64,000 bases of DNA from Candidatus Latescibacterota bacterium (GCA_965200315.1 OZ241362.1:448001-512000); one strand, 5' to 3'. Positions 8,200 to 19,376 are shown, numbered from the stretch's first letter. Translations and numbers: made by a program. Notes: generated by a model from the sequence alone, not told the origin.

Positions 8200-9192
8200 T
8201 CACCGTATCTGTAAAAGCGCGTCCTCTTCCTCTGCTAAACGCTCGAGCACGACCAGCCGATAGAGCCGTCCGCGCTCGGGCAAGCGCAAGTCGGCCAACA
8301 CGGCCAGCGGATACGCTCCGGCCTCTAAGCAGCCGATGAGCGCGTCAAAGTCGGCCACTTGGATAGCAGCGACCCCGCCCCAGCGCAAGACGCGCACCAA
8401 TTCGGCCAGCAGCCCAGCGCAATCGCCCGCAGCAAAGCCGAGTGCATAATCGATGCAGTCCGCTGCTAAAGGCAAGCGATCTGGCGCGGCCACGATTCCG
8501 GCTAGCCCGGGCCTGCTTTCGGCGGGCCGGATCCCCACCAATACACTCGGCTGAAACTGGGACTGCAAGGCGACCAACTCGCTCGGATCGCGGCGCGCCC
8601 ACAGGATGCAGGCACCCGGCGGCATGGCCAACAAGCGGCCCAAGCAATATATCACGGCCTCACTCGGCGCAGCACCTGCCCCCAGCCGCAGCCCCAACAA
8701 GGCGCGTCGCCCGGTTAGTTGTACGTGAAGGCGCAGCAGGTGCGGCCCTTTGCCCAAGCGCAACCCGTGCTCGTCGCGCAAAACCGCCGCCACGGCCGCG
8801 GTCAGCTCGGCCGTGCTGAACCGATACCGGCCGCGCAGCGTCGCGCTCAAAGAAAAAGCGTGGGTGTCGATCTTAGTGGATTGGACCTGCGCGAGACTTT
8901 TGACCGAGGTCAGATCGCAGCGGGCGATGCGTTTGCAGATGTACTCAAGGCCGGGTCGCCCCACTGTAACGCCGTGCATCTGGCTGATTAAACCAGCGCA
9001 CTGCACAGCCGAGCGCAGTTGTAGCAGCCGCCCCGGGCTGCGCTTGTACGTAAAGAAAATCTGCCCCACGCGCCCGCCCGGTTCAACTTCGACCTGCTGC
9101 ACCTCGGGCACGTGCTCGCGCAATTCGTCGAGTGCCACTGCCTCCAACCCGCTCGGCACTGCGATCCAATAGCGATAGATTTTGTCGGCCAT
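8200..9192 (-). CDS. THUMP-domain protein with a degenerate methyltransferase-like C-terminus
   Basis: N-terminal VPSGLEAVALDEL resembles RlmL/Trm14 THUMP proteins; no DPxCGxG SAM motif. Confidence 0.6.
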   Translation of the reverse strand: MADKIYRYWIAVPSGLEAVALDELREHVPEVQQVEVEPGGRVGQIFFTYKRSPGRLLQLRSAVQCAGLISQMHGVTVGRPGLEYICKRIARCDLTSVKSLAQVQSTKIDTHAFSLSATLRGRYRFSTAELTAAVAAVLRDEHGLRLGKGPHLLRLHVQLTGRRALLGLRLGAGAAPSEAVIYCLGRLLAMPPGACILWARRDPSELVALQSQFQPSVLVGIRPAESRPGLAGIVAAPDRLPLAADCIDYALGFAAGDCAGLLAELVRVLRWGGVAAIQVADFDALIGCLEAGAYPLAVLADLRLPERGRLYRLVVLERLAEEEDALLQIR

Positions 9193-10475
9193 TACTCGGC
9201 GCGTCCGGTGGGCACAAGCGGCATCGCGCTCAGGTTCGCCGGCGACAAGCAGCTTTCCAGCACTTCGAGGATGTCGCCGACTGCGACCTGCTCGTGTACG
9301 TCAAAATAGACGCTGGGGGACGCCCCACTCACCGCGGCCGCGCAAAGCATATCGGCCACATCCTCGGCTTGCTCCCACGCGCGCAGCAGCAGGCCGTAGG
9401 CTTTGCGCTTGGCGCGGCCCAAATCTGCGGCCACCACGCGCTCGTCTAGGCTGGCCAATGCGGCGTTTATTTCCGCGCACAATCGCTCGCTCTGCTGGGT
9501 ATATCCGCCCACCGTACAAAAGCAGAACGTCGGCTCGGCATAGACCTCGGCCCCAAAGGTATCGCCGTCTATCAGGCCGTCTTGGTAGTGCGCGGCAAAA
9601 AAATCGCTCGCTGGCCCCAAGGCAATGTCCAAGGCCAACTCCAAGGCCAATTCCCGCAAGAGCAAGTCGCGGCCCGACCGGCCGGCCTTGTCATCGCCGA
9701 AAAACAGCAAGGTATAGGGTCGGCTGACCGGCAGGGCCAAGGCCCCAAGCGGCTGCGGAGTGGGCAATACCACTGGGCGTTCCACTCGGTCCCATGCGGA
9801 GCGCGGCCGCCTGTACTTTAACAAAGTGGACTCGACGGCCGCGTAAGTGGTCTCTACGTCGAAATCCCCGCACAAGTACAGCCCCATGTATTCGGGCCGA
9901 TAAAATACCTCGTGGCAACGAGTTAGCGTGTCCTCGTCAATCTGCCCGATGCTCTCCCGTGTGCCAGCCATATCCCAAGCCAAGGGACCATTCTGGTATA
10001 GCCCCTCAAGACCGTGCAAAAACCCGATCCACTCCGGGTCGTCGCAGCTTATCTGGAGCTCGCGGTCGATGATTTCGCGCTCCTGAGCGACGTCTTGCGG
10101 CTGGACATGCAGGTCCAATGCAAGTTCAAACAGCAACGCTAGGTGGGCGGCAAAATGCTCAATACACGTCAGAGAAAAGACGGTTGAAGTAAAACTGGTG
10201 CTGGCGTTTATGTCGCCGCCGAGGCGATTGATTTGCTCGGTGATGTCGCCGTAAGTTTTGGCAAAAAGGCGGTGTTCGAGAAAGTGCGCGGTTCCAGCCG
10301 GCGTGGTCTGTATCTGCCCGGATCTGCGGGCGCGCAAGTGCAGATCGACCGAACCGTAGTCTATGTACAGCACGGCCGCTTTTTGCCGACTGCCCGGTCG
10401 CGGTACTGCCCACACGTCGAGGCCGCCCAAGCGGCTGCGGTACACCCCTTCCCCCCAAAGCGCATCTGCGATCAC
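9192..10475 (-). CDS. M16 (pitrilysin) family peptidase, YmfH-like, active subunit
   Basis: PAGTAHFLEHRLF (HxxEH), INASTSF, DYGSVD. Confidence 0.9.
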   Translation of the reverse strand: MIADALWGEGVYRSRLGGLDVWAVPRPGSRQKAAVLYIDYGSVDLHLRARRSGQIQTTPAGTAHFLEHRLFAKTYGDITEQINRLGGDINASTSFTSTVFSLTCIEHFAAHLALLFELALDLHVQPQDVAQEREIIDRELQISCDDPEWIGFLHGLEGLYQNGPLAWDMAGTRESIGQIDEDTLTRCHEVFYRPEYMGLYLCGDFDVETTYAAVESTLLKYRRPRSAWDRVERPVVLPTPQPLGALALPVSRPYTLLFFGDDKAGRSGRDLLLRELALELALDIALGPASDFFAAHYQDGLIDGDTFGAEVYAEPTFCFCTVGGYTQQSERLCAEINAALASLDERVVAADLGRAKRKAYGLLLRAWEQAEDVADMLCAAAVSGASPSVYFDVHEQVAVGDILEVLESCLSPANLSAMPLVPTGRAE

Positions 10476-10479
10476 GGTC

Positions 10480-11748
10480 TCACGTCCCGTGCAATAAAAA
10501 GGCCGTGTCTGCTACAATGCCACCGGCCACGCGGGTTAGGTCCTCAACGCCGACTTGCTCGATGCGCTGCCATAGCGTTTCCGGGGACTGGCTGCCCCCT
10601 ATCAGTCCCTCGCGCAACTGATAGCGAAAAAAGCCCTCGCGGTCTTCGGCCAACCCCAACAGCCGCGCTCGCAACAAGTGCTGAGCTGCTTCGATCTCAC
10701 GGCAATCAAAGGCCCCTGCGCGCAGCGACTGGAGTTCCTGTTCCACCTTATCCTGGACCTCCGAGTATGCAGTAGCTTCAATGCCTGCGGCCACAAAGAG
10801 CAGTCCGCTCAATGCCTCGATATGCGATGCGATGTAGTAGCACAAGCCTTCTTCTTCGCGGAGGTGCTTGAACAGCCGCGATGGACCATCGCCGCCGAGC
10901 ATTAGGTTTAGGAGTGCCAAAGCCGGATAGTCGTCGGTGCCGTCCGCGCCATAAGCAACTTGAGTGCGATAGCCCAACACTACTTTTGCCTCTCGCACCG
11001 CTTGGCATTCAAAAACTTCGCGCGGCGGTCCAGCACGGCGCGGGCGCAGTAGCGGGGGCGGAGGCTGGCTCGCCCGCTCCCAAGTAAAGAGCGATTCCAT
11101 CAGGGGCTGAATCTGCTCCAAGCGTACATTGCCGCTTACGAAAAGATCGAGGCGGTCGGCCGCCATCCGCTCGCGGTAGAAAGCCCACAGTTCATCGGCC
11201 CGCACGGCGGCAAAGTCCGCGGGGTTGCCCAGCGGCGACAGGCCCGTGGGTTCGCCTCGGCACATTTCTTCGCGGCATCGCCCTTGGGCGTAGCCCAACT
11301 TGTCGTTAAAGCCATCGGCGATTTGCCGGGCGAGGCGGTGCTTTTCGCGCTCTAGATGGTCGCGTTGGAATCCACTACCATCGCGCAAGACATCGCGCAG
11401 GAAGATCAGGCCGCGCACCAGTATCCCTTTCTCCCCAAGGAAGTTATCATCGATAACCTCTAGGCATAAATGAATAAACTGATACCCGCCTACGCGATCG
11501 ACTTGCACCGAGTAATGCGCTCCGTAGAGGTCGTCGATGAAGCGGTTGAGGCTCTGGATATTGGGCAGTTTGTGCGTACCCCGCGCCAGCAATCGGCTGC
11601 TCAGAGCCACGAGCGAATGTCGCGGCGCACACAGCGGTGTGCTCAGGCACACATCCACCCGGATTGTTTTGTACAGCCCAATGCCGTGCAGATGCAAATA
11701 AACGCCGTCCGCGAGTTGGACGCGGGTGAATTCACCTGCTATGTACAT
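10480..11748 (-). CDS. M16-family peptidase-like protein, YmfF-like, inactive subunit
   Basis: LLARGT..P, LYGA, LGGDGPSRLFKHLREEEGLCYY; no HxxEH. Start reset to ATG 11748 to avoid the trmJ overlap. Confidence 0.85.
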   Translation of the reverse strand: MYIAGEFTRVQLADGVYLHLHGIGLYKTIRVDVCLSTPLCAPRHSLVALSSRLLARGTHKLPNIQSLNRFIDDLYGAHYSVQVDRVGGYQFIHLCLEVIDDNFLGEKGILVRGLIFLRDVLRDGSGFQRDHLEREKHRLARQIADGFNDKLGYAQGRCREEMCRGEPTGLSPLGNPADFAAVRADELWAFYRERMAADRLDLFVSGNVRLEQIQPLMESLFTWERASQPPPPLLRPRRAGPPREVFECQAVREAKVVLGYRTQVAYGADGTDDYPALALLNLMLGGDGPSRLFKHLREEEGLCYYIASHIEALSGLLFVAAGIEATAYSEVQDKVEQELQSLRAGAFDCREIEAAQHLLRARLLGLAEDREGFFRYQLREGLIGGSQSPETLWQRIEQVGVEDLTRVAGGIVADTAFLLHGT

Positions 11749-11788
11749 TGGCGCACAGTATCCTTCTTGGTTTAGTTTGGCACGCCGC

Positions 11789-12541
11789 ATGAATCCTCTC
11801 GACAACATCCGCGTCGTGCTCGTCGAGCCGGCGACACCCGGCAATATCGGCGCTACGGCTCGCGTGCTCAAAACCACGGGCATAAGCCAGTTGGCCTTGG
11901 TCAATCCCGGGGCATGGGACACGCCCCAAGCGCGCGCCTTTGCCCACGGCGCGGGCGATATTCTCGACGGCAGCCAAGTCTTCTCCAGCCTAGCCGCGGC
12001 CGTAGCCGATTGCCACATCGTCGTCGGCACGACCCATCGACAGGGCCGCTTCCGCGCGGTTACTTCCGAGCCGCACCCGCTGATTGCCCAGCTAGCCTCC
12101 CAAGCACACCGCCGCCGAATCGCCCTCGTGTTCGGACGCGAACGGGACGGCTTGTGGCACGAGGAACTCGCGCTCTGCCACCAAGTGCTGAAGTTCCCCA
12201 CAGCCGTGGCCTATCCCTCCCTCAATCTCTCTCACGCCGTGCTCCTGTTCACCTACGGCCTGTATGCGGCCGTGAGCGAAAAACCACCGGACCCGCCCGT
12301 GCAACTGGCTACGGCTGGCGAGCGCGAGCGCATGTTCGCTCAGATCCTGCAAGCCCTTGCCGAGATAGAGTTTACCCCGTACAACAACAAGCCGGACCAC
12401 TTTGGCCGCGTGTTGCGCCGCTTCTTCAACAAGGTCGATTTGGAAGTGCGCGATGTGCGGGCGATTCAGATGATCTGCGGCCAGATACGCAAGTTCGGCC
12501 GCCGCTATCGCCGCAGTGCCGGGCGTACTGAGGCCGACTGA
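11789..12541 (+). CDS. trmJ: TrmJ/LasT-family SPOUT RNA methyltransferase
   Basis: [40 protein letters not shown]. Confidence 0.88.
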   Translation: MNPLDNIRVVLVEPATPGNIGATARVLKTTGISQLALVNPGAWDTPQARAFAHGAGDILDGSQVFSSLAAAVADCHIVVGTTHRQGRFRAVTSEPHPLIAQLASQAHRRRIALVFGRERDGLWHEELALCHQVLKFPTAVAYPSLNLSHAVLLFTYGLYAAVSEKPPDPPVQLATAGERERMFAQILQALAEIEFTPYNNKPDHFGRVLRRFFNKVDLEVRDVRAIQMICGQIRKFGRRYRRSAGRTEAD

Positions 12542-13503
12542 TGGACCACCTGCTCCAAGTCCCAGTCGACCATCTGCCGGACCATTTCCTCAAAGCCGAC
12601 CTCGGGCTCCCAGCCGAGTTTTTCCCGCGCCTTAGTTGCATCGCCCAACAGGGTATAGACCTCGGCGGGGCGCAAAAAGCGCTCATCCACGACCACGTAT
12701 TGCCGCCAGTCCAAGCCAGCGTGGGCAAAGGCGACCTCGCAGAATTCGCCAATGGTGCGGGAGGTGCCCGTGGCGACGACGTAATCGTCGGGTTCGTCCT
12801 GTTGGAGCATCATCCACATTGCGCGGACAAAGTCGCTCGCATAGCCCCAATCGCGGCGGGAATCGAGGTTGCCGAGGCGCAGCTCTTGGTCTAGCCCGCA
12901 TTTGATGCGGGCTACGCCGTGCGTGATCTTGCGGGTGACGAATTCGAGTCCGCGGCGCGGCGACTCGTGATTGAAGAGAATGCCCGTGCAGGCAAACATA
13001 CCGTAGCTTTCGCGGTAGTTGATGGTGATCCAATGCGCGTAGAGCTTGGACACCCCGTAGGGCGAACGCGGAGAGAACGCCGTTTGCTCGTTCTGCGGCG
13101 TCTCCTGTGCGTTGCCGAATAGCTCGCTGGTGCTGGCTTGGTAAAAGCGGATGTTCTCGTCGCAGGCGCGAATGGCTTCCAAAAGCCGCGTCACGCCCAA
13201 GCCGGTTACTTCGCCGGTCAACATGGGCTGCTCCCAAGAAACTGGCACAAAGGACTGGGCCCCTAAGTTGTACACTTCCTGCGGCCGCGCAGCTTGCAGC
13301 GCCGAAACCAAGGACTTCTGATCCAACAGGTCGCCGGAGATCAGCTCGATTTGATCCTGCAAATGGCCGATTCGCTCGAAATTGACCGTGCTACTGCGGC
13401 GCACCAGCCCAAAGACCTCATAGCCCTTTTCCAGCAGTAATTCGGCCAAGTACGAACCGTCTTGGCCGGTAATGCCAGTGATTAAAGCGCACTTCTGGCT
13501 CAT
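12505..13503 (-). CDS. gmd: GDP-mannose 4,6-dehydratase
   Basis: [53 protein letters not shown]. Confidence 0.97.
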   Translation of the reverse strand: MSQKCALITGITGQDGSYLAELLLEKGYEVFGLVRRSSTVNFERIGHLQDQIELISGDLLDQKSLVSALQAARPQEVYNLGAQSFVPVSWEQPMLTGEVTGLGVTRLLEAIRACDENIRFYQASTSELFGNAQETPQNEQTAFSPRSPYGVSKLYAHWITINYRESYGMFACTGILFNHESPRRGLEFVTRKITHGVARIKCGLDQELRLGNLDSRRDWGYASDFVRAMWMMLQQDEPDDYVVATGTSRTIGEFCEVAFAHAGLDWRQYVVVDERFLRPAEVYTLLGDATKAREKLGWEPEVGFEEMVRQMVDWDLEQVVHQSASVRPALRR

Positions 13504-13504
13504 T

Positions 13505-16357
13505 TCATGCCTCTTGAGAATATGCCGCTACAGGCGGACAGGAACAGATCAGGTTGCGATCGCCCTGCGCGTCGTTCAGTCGCCCGACGGCTGGCCAGAA
13601 CTTGCGCTCCAACAGCCAAGGAGCCGGCAGGGCGGCAACGGCTCTAGAATAGGGCCGATCCCACTCGGCGGCCAGCACGACGTCCAAGGGGTGCGGCGCG
13701 TGGACGAGGGGGTTGTTGGCGCGGTCCATCTCCCCGGCCGCTATTTGCTGGATTTCGCCGCCAATGGCGATCATGGCTTCGCAAAACCGGTCCAATTCGG
13801 CCTTGGACTCGCTTTCGGTAGGTTCGACCATCAGGGTTCCGGCGACTGGGAAGGATACCGTAGGAGCGTGGAACCCGTAATCCATCAACCGCTTGGCCAC
13901 GTCTTCTACGCCAATGCCGTGCGCCCGCGCCCAGCGCAGGTCGAGAATGCACTCGTGGGCCACGCGCCCGTTGCATCCCTTGTACAGCACGGGAAAGGAA
14001 TCCGCGAGGCGGCTGCTCAAATAATTGGCATTGAGGATCGCCACCTGCGTCGCTTCGGTGAGGCCCGCGCCGCCCATCAGCCGCAAGTACGCCCAAGATA
14101 TGAGCAGAATCGAGGCACTACCCCACGGAGCAGCCGCAATGGGGCCGATTGACTCAGCCCCGCCGGTATAGACGAGGGGATGCGAAGGCAAGAACTCCAC
14201 TAAGTGCTCGGCCACCGCTATGGGCCCCATCCCCGGGCCGCCCCCACCATGGGGAATGCAAAAAGTCTTGTGCAAATTCAAATGGCACACGTCAATGCCG
14301 ATTTCCCCAAGCCGGCACAATCCCACCAAGGCATTCATATTGGCCCCGTCCATATAGACCTGACCACCTGCTTGGTGGACGATCGTACAAATTTCGCCGA
14401 TGGCCTCTTCAAACACCCCGTGGGTCGAGGGGTACGTCACCATCAGGGCCGCTAGCCGCTCGCGGTGTGCGACGGCCTTTGCCCGCAGGTCCGCCAAGTC
14501 GATATTGCCCTCGGCGTCACAGGCGACGACGACCACGTCCAAGCCGGCCATAGCCGCGCTGGCCGGGTTCGTCCCGTGAGCCGAGGCCGGAATGAGGCAG
14601 ACGTTCCGTTGGGCCTCCCCGCGCGTTTGGTGGTATTTGCGCACGATGAGTAAGCCGGCGTATTCACCCTGCGAACCCGCGTTGGGTTGCAGCGAAACGC
14701 CCTCAAGGCCGGTGATTTCGCGCAGCATGTCCTCCATTTCGGCGAAAATTACCGCGTACCCTTGGGCTTGCTCTACGGGCGCAAATGGATGCAGCCCAGC
14801 GAATTCGGGCCACGTAATCGCCATCATTTCCGCGGCCGCATTGAGCTTCATGGTACACGAGCCGAGGGGAATCATCGCGTGGACCAAGGACAGATCCTTG
14901 GCTTCGAGCCGACGCATGTAGCGCATCATTTCGGTCTCGGAGTGATGCGATGCAAAGACGGGATGCTCCATAAAGCGCGAGTGGCGGACGTGGACAGGCC
15001 CCCAAGCAGGCTCTGCATCGACTGCGCTGGGCAACTCGCCACCCAGCAAGGTGAGGATAGCTTGCAAATCGGCCTTGTCGGTCGTTTCGTCGAGGGCAAT
15101 GCCCCAGTGCCCGTCCTCCAGATCGCGGAAGTTCATCCCCGCGGCCCGCGCCTGTGCCAATAGCGCATCTCCCCGTGTTCCCACTTCAACGCGCAGTGTG
15201 TCGAAGTACTGGTCGTGGATGACTCGATAGCCGGCTTCCTCTATCCCGCGGGCGAGCGTCCGCGCCTCGCGGTGTATGCGGTGGGCCATGCGCTGCAACC
15301 TATCCGGCCCGTGATACACCGCGTACATGCTCGCCACCACGGCCGGCAAGACTTCGGCTGTGCAGATATTACTCGTCGCCCGTTCTCGTTTGATGTGCTG
15401 TTCGCGGGTTTGCAAGGCCATGCGCAAGGCCGGCTGGCCACGGACATCCTCAGAGACGCCAATGATGCGCCCAGGCATCTGCCGCTGGAACTCGGGCCGC
15501 GTCGCCAAAAAGGCCGCGTGTGGGCCGCCGTATCCCATGGGCATACCAAAGCGCTGCGCGCTCCCGATGGCTGCATCGGCTCCAAACTCCCCAGGAGGTC
15601 GCAGCAAACACAGAGCGAGCAAATCGACGGCCACGCACACGAGCGTCTGCTCGGCGTGAGCCTGAGCGCAGAAATCGGCGTAGTCGTATAGCGCACCGTC
15701 CGAGGCTGGGTACTGGAGCAGAGCGGCGAAGGCTCCAGCCGCAAAATCCCATTCTCGATGATCGCCTACTACAACCTCCCAGCCCCGCGATTCGGCCCGG
15801 ACCTTGACCACCTCTATGGTTTGCGGGTGGCAGGCCGACGAGACAAAGACGCGCTGGCTCGCGTTTTTCTTTTGGACTGCCCGCAGCATGGCAATGGCTT
15901 CGGCCGCGGCCGTGGCTTCGTCCAACAAAGAGGCATTGGCCAAGGCAAAACCCGTCAGGTCGCCGACCATGGTTTGGAAGTTGAGGAGAGCCTCTAGCCG
16001 CCCTTGGGCAATTTCGGACTGGTAGGGAGTGTACTGGGTGTACCAGCCTGGATTCTCCAAGATGTTGCGCTGGATCACCGGAGGAGTTATGCAGTCTGAG
16101 TAACCTAGACCGATAAAACTGCGGTGTATGCGATTCTGGCCGGCCAATTCGCGCAACCTACCCATTAGCTCGTATTCGCTGATGCCTTCACCCAGCGCCA
16201 AGGAGCCTTGCATTCGAATCGCCGCCGGCAGGGCCTCGGCCATGAGGTCGTCCAAGCTGTCGGCCCCTACGGCTGCGAGCATCGCGGTTACATCTGCGTC
16301 CGTGGGGCCGATGTGTCGGCGGACAAAAGCATCGCTAGGTCCAAATTCGTCGCCCAT
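13505..16357 (-). CDS. gcvP: Glycine dehydrogenase (decarboxylating), single-chain P protein
   Basis: [50 protein letters not shown]. Confidence 0.98.
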   Translation of the reverse strand: MGDEFGPSDAFVRRHIGPTDADVTAMLAAVGADSLDDLMAEALPAAIRMQGSLALGEGISEYELMGRLRELAGQNRIHRSFIGLGYSDCITPPVIQRNILENPGWYTQYTPYQSEIAQGRLEALLNFQTMVGDLTGFALANASLLDEATAAAEAIAMLRAVQKKNASQRVFVSSACHPQTIEVVKVRAESRGWEVVVGDHREWDFAAGAFAALLQYPASDGALYDYADFCAQAHAEQTLVCVAVDLLALCLLRPPGEFGADAAIGSAQRFGMPMGYGGPHAAFLATRPEFQRQMPGRIIGVSEDVRGQPALRMALQTREQHIKRERATSNICTAEVLPAVVASMYAVYHGPDRLQRMAHRIHREARTLARGIEEAGYRVIHDQYFDTLRVEVGTRGDALLAQARAAGMNFRDLEDGHWGIALDETTDKADLQAILTLLGGELPSAVDAEPAWGPVHVRHSRFMEHPVFASHHSETEMMRYMRRLEAKDLSLVHAMIPLGSCTMKLNAAAEMMAITWPEFAGLHPFAPVEQAQGYAVIFAEMEDMLREITGLEGVSLQPNAGSQGEYAGLLIVRKYHQTRGEAQRNVCLIPASAHGTNPASAAMAGLDVVVVACDAEGNIDLADLRAKAVAHRERLAALMVTYPSTHGVFEEAIGEICTIVHQAGGQVYMDGANMNALVGLCRLGEIGIDVCHLNLHKTFCIPHGGGGPGMGPIAVAEHLVEFLPSHPLVYTGGAESIGPIAAAPWGSASILLISWAYLRLMGGAGLTEATQVAILNANYLSSRLADSFPVLYKGCNGRVAHECILDLRWARAHGIGVEDVAKRLMDYGFHAPTVSFPVAGTLMVEPTESESKAELDRFCEAMIAIGGEIQQIAAGEMDRANNPLVHAPHPLDVVLAAEWDRPYSRAVAALPAPWLLERKFWPAVGRLNDAQGDRNLICSCPPVAAYSQEA

Positions 16358-16398
16358 GCGCCCTCCATTGCACTGCCTAAAAGCAGCGATTAAAACTT

Positions 16399-17508
16399 TC
16401 AGTCCTTTTTAGGGGCCGAAGGCACAAAGGGCAGCTTGACCACCACGGCGAGTTGCCGCTTGCCCTTCATACCAATGTACACTTGAGTGCCTATTTTTTG
16501 TGCACCGCGCTGTAAATAGGCCAGCCCGATCCCCTGGCCGAGCACCGGAGAGTGCGTCCCACTGGTCACGGTACCCACCTGCTCCTCGCGCTGGTCGAAA
16601 ACTGGGTACTCCGGCCGCGGAATCCCCCTTTCCAGCATGCGGAAGCCACGCAGACGGCGATAGCCTCCGGCCGCTCGCTGCGCCCGCAGCGCCTCGGCAC
16701 CGACAAAATTTGCCTCTTTTTTTAAATCCAAAGTCCAAGACAAACCCGCCTCTAAGGGAGTCGTCTGCTCGTTTAATTCGCGGCCATAGAGGCAAAACCC
16801 CATCTCGAGGCGCAAGGTGTCGCGCGCGCCTAGCCCGCAAGGCTGAGCACCGGCTGCGCGAAATTTGGCCCACAGCGCAGCGACTTGGTCGGCCGGGCAT
16901 ATAATCTCAAACCCGTCTTCTCCGGTGTAACCATTGCGGCTGAGCAAGGCTCGTATCCCGGCGATCTCCATGGCCGCGCAGCGATAGTAGCCCAGCACCA
17001 CGCTAGCCGGTCCAGCGAGTGCTTCGACTAGGGCAGCGGCCTGCGGCCCCTGCACCGCCACCATGCCCTTTTCATCGCTCAAGTCCTCGATTTGCACACC
17101 CGACCACCCCGCTGCACACGCGGTAATCCACTGCCAGTCAATGGCCTTCCGGCTCGCGTTGACCACCAAGAGATACTCCTGTTGTGCGAGCCGGTACACG
17201 ACCAGATCGTCCACGCATCCCCCCTGTTCATTGCACAGCGGCACGTAGAGCATCTGGCCGATGGTCAATTCGCGCACCCGCGCTGGCAAGAGGCTGTCGA
17301 GGAAGGCCAGCCCACGCTCCCCGGAAACGGCGATTCGGCCCATGTGCGATATGTCGAACAGCCCAACCGCTCGGCGCACCGCCCGGTGTTCGCTACGGAT
17401 GCCCTCAAACTGGACCGGCATTTCCCACCCGCCAAAGGGTGCCATGCGACCGCCTTCGGCGACGGCGACTTCATAAAGCGGCGTTCGCCGCAAGCACTCA
17501 TTGGTCAT
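16399..17508 (-). CDS. gcvT: Aminomethyltransferase (glycine cleavage T protein)
   Basis: [38 protein letters not shown]. Confidence 0.97.
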   Translation of the reverse strand: MTNECLRRTPLYEVAVAEGGRMAPFGGWEMPVQFEGIRSEHRAVRRAVGLFDISHMGRIAVSGERGLAFLDSLLPARVRELTIGQMLYVPLCNEQGGCVDDLVVYRLAQQEYLLVVNASRKAIDWQWITACAAGWSGVQIEDLSDEKGMVAVQGPQAAALVEALAGPASVVLGYYRCAAMEIAGIRALLSRNGYTGEDGFEIICPADQVAALWAKFRAAGAQPCGLGARDTLRLEMGFCLYGRELNEQTTPLEAGLSWTLDLKKEANFVGAEALRAQRAAGGYRRLRGFRMLERGIPRPEYPVFDQREEQVGTVTSGTHSPVLGQGIGLAYLQRGAQKIGTQVYIGMKGKRQLAVVVKLPFVPSAPKKD

Positions 17509-18148
17509 GGTTGCCTTTTCCCGGCGCGGCACTGACTAACTCGGCCCACAGTGCTTCCGCCTGCGCGGCGAGCGCGGTCAAGCCCTTGTTATTGTCGATG
17601 ACAAAGTCTGCGCGAGCCTTTTTTTCTTGTGGATCCATCTGGCGCACCAGCCGCTGCCTAATCTCGCACCCCGGCAAGCCGCTGCGCTGCTGCACCCTCG
17701 ACACGCACTGTTCCTCCTCAGCATCAACCACCACGATCCGGTCGAAGCTCGCCTCGTTTCCCCACTCGTATATCAGCGGCGCGTCAAATACCACGACTCC
17801 TCCAGCGGCTTTTTTTACAGCCTGCGCCAGCCGGTGCTCTATGGCCGCTGATAGTGGCGGCCGCATAATCGCCTCTAACCGCTGGCTCGCCTCGTCCGCC
17901 CCCAGGGCACGACGCCCCAACTCCCGGCGGTTCAAGCGTCCGTCTGGACCGAGCAGATCGCGGCCAAATGCCGCTTGTAGATTTTCTATCACCGCCGGGA
18001 TTGCCGCCACTTCGCGAGCCACTTCGTCGGCATTGACCCGCAGCGCACCCAACTCGGCAAGCATTTGCGCCAGTGTGGACTTGCCCGCCCCCATGCCGCC
18101 GGTGATGCCTACGAGCACACGTACCTGTGGCCCGCTAGGGCCAAGCAA
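17498..18148 (-). CDS. coaE: Dephospho-CoA kinase
   Basis: VGITGGMGAGKST, DAPLIYE, ADFVIDN; exact start uncertain. Confidence 0.92.
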   Translation of the reverse strand: MLGPSGPQVRVLVGITGGMGAGKSTLAQMLAELGALRVNADEVAREVAAIPAVIENLQAAFGRDLLGPDGRLNRRELGRRALGADEASQRLEAIMRPPLSAAIEHRLAQAVKKAAGGVVVFDAPLIYEWGNEASFDRIVVVDAEEEQCVSRVQQRSGLPGCEIRQRLVRQMDPQEKKARADFVIDNNKGLTALAAQAEALWAELVSAAPGKGNHDQ

Positions 18149-18400
18149 CAGAACTCAAAAAATTGTACCACTGTGCCTTACAGAGAGTTAAGGGACTGAC
18201 CTTCGGTGGGCAACGACGTGCTGCGAACAAAATAAAATGTACCGCGCCGCCCCAGCGCGGTCAACCAACCTGAAAGGTCCCATGAAGGAACGCTCAAGGG
18301 GGCTGCCGCACTTAGCATGGGCGAACGGATCGTGTATTTTCTCATAGAAATTACATTGACGCGGTTCAACATGTTGACGACCTTTCTTTGTGTAGAATCG

Positions 18401-18730
18401 CTCTTTGACAAGAGAATAGGTTGGCGGTTCCAGCGCCGAATTCGTGCGCTGGGTAAAACCTGTTGCGCGATCAACCGAAAGGGTGTGAACAAGGCTGCAA
18501 GAGCCGGTTCCAAACATCGCAAGGCCGTAACAGCTAGCGGTGCGGTTGTCGCTACTAAAGTCTCGGCTTCGGCGGTATATCGAGCCTGTCGAGATGTCGA
18601 GCAACAAGGCCTGGTGCGGGCCTTCAGGTATCAACGTAGAGGTAGTCGCCTCAAGCGTGGCCTGAGAAGCGGTCGTCTTTAGGCGACGGTAGTTCACTGA
18701 CACTATATTGGGCATCGCCTATAGTCCATT
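18401..18730 (+). ncRNA. Candidate structured non-coding RNA / long clpP leader, family not recognised
   Basis: Nearly continuous series of stems, including a three-way junction, with many G-U pairs that work on the + strand (see findings). Confidence 0.4.
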
Positions 18731-18770
18731 GACCCGTTAATAGGCTCTCTTCTCACAACCAGAATAGCAC

Positions 18771-19376
18771 ATGGCCATCGTACCTGTAGTAATCGAACAG
18801 ACCGGCCGCGGCGAGCGCGCCTACGACATTTTCTCTCGCCTCCTCAAGGAGCGGATCATCTTTATCAGCACTCCGATCGACGACCACGAAGCCAACCTCG
18901 TCATCGCCCAGTTGCTCTTCCTCACCTCAGAAGATCCCCAAAAAGACATCTCGCTCTACATCAACAGCCCCGGCGGCAGCCTCACGGCCGGCTTGGCCAT
19001 CTACGACACCATGAAGTACGTTCCCTGCGACGTAGCAACGCTCTGCATCGGTCAAGCGTACAGCATGAGCGCCATTCTTCTCGCCGGTGGAACCAAAGGC
19101 AAGCGCCACGCCCTTGCCCATTCTCGGCTCATGCTGCACCAGCCTTGGGGCGGCGTCCGCGGCCAAGCGGCTGACATCGAAATCCACGCCCGCGAAATCG
19201 TCGAGTGGCGCGACCGGCTCAACCAAATTTTAGTCCAAGATACCGGTCAGCCACTCGAGCGCATCGAGCTAGTCACCGAGCGCGATTACTTTCTGTCGCC
19301 GGCCGAGGCGATCGATTTCGGCCTAATCGACGGGCTGCTAGCGTCCGCAAAAGAGCTAGCAGCCCTCGCTGACTAA
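18771..19376 (+). CDS. clpP: ATP-dependent Clp protease proteolytic subunit
   Basis: [28 protein letters not shown] (catalytic Ser), MLHQP. Confidence 0.97.
   Translation: MAIVPVVIEQTGRGERAYDIFSRLLKERIIFISTPIDDHEANLVIAQLLFLTSEDPQKDISLYINSPGGSLTAGLAIYDTMKYVPCDVATLCIGQAYSMSAILLAGGTKGKRHALAHSRLMLHQPWGGVRGQAADIEIHAREIVEWRDRLNQILVQDTGQPLERIELVTERDYFLSPAEAIDFGLIDGLLASAKELAALAD

Noticed and set aside
11749-12201. N-terminal extension of ORF 10480..12201
   Set aside because: Overlaps trmJ on the opposite strand; M16 similarity begins at ATG 11748.
18188-18715. ORFs 18188..18715 (-), 18178..18522 (-) and 18317..18682 (+)
   Set aside because: No recognisable motifs or RBS, atypical composition, and mutually overlapping; RNA structure explains the region better.
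18401-18730. Structured region as tmRNA, RNase P, SRP or a group I/II intron
   Set aside because: No tRNA-like ends, GAGGAAAGUCC or SRP loop. TATAGTCC resembles a group I S element, but a proper P7 and a host exon are absent.
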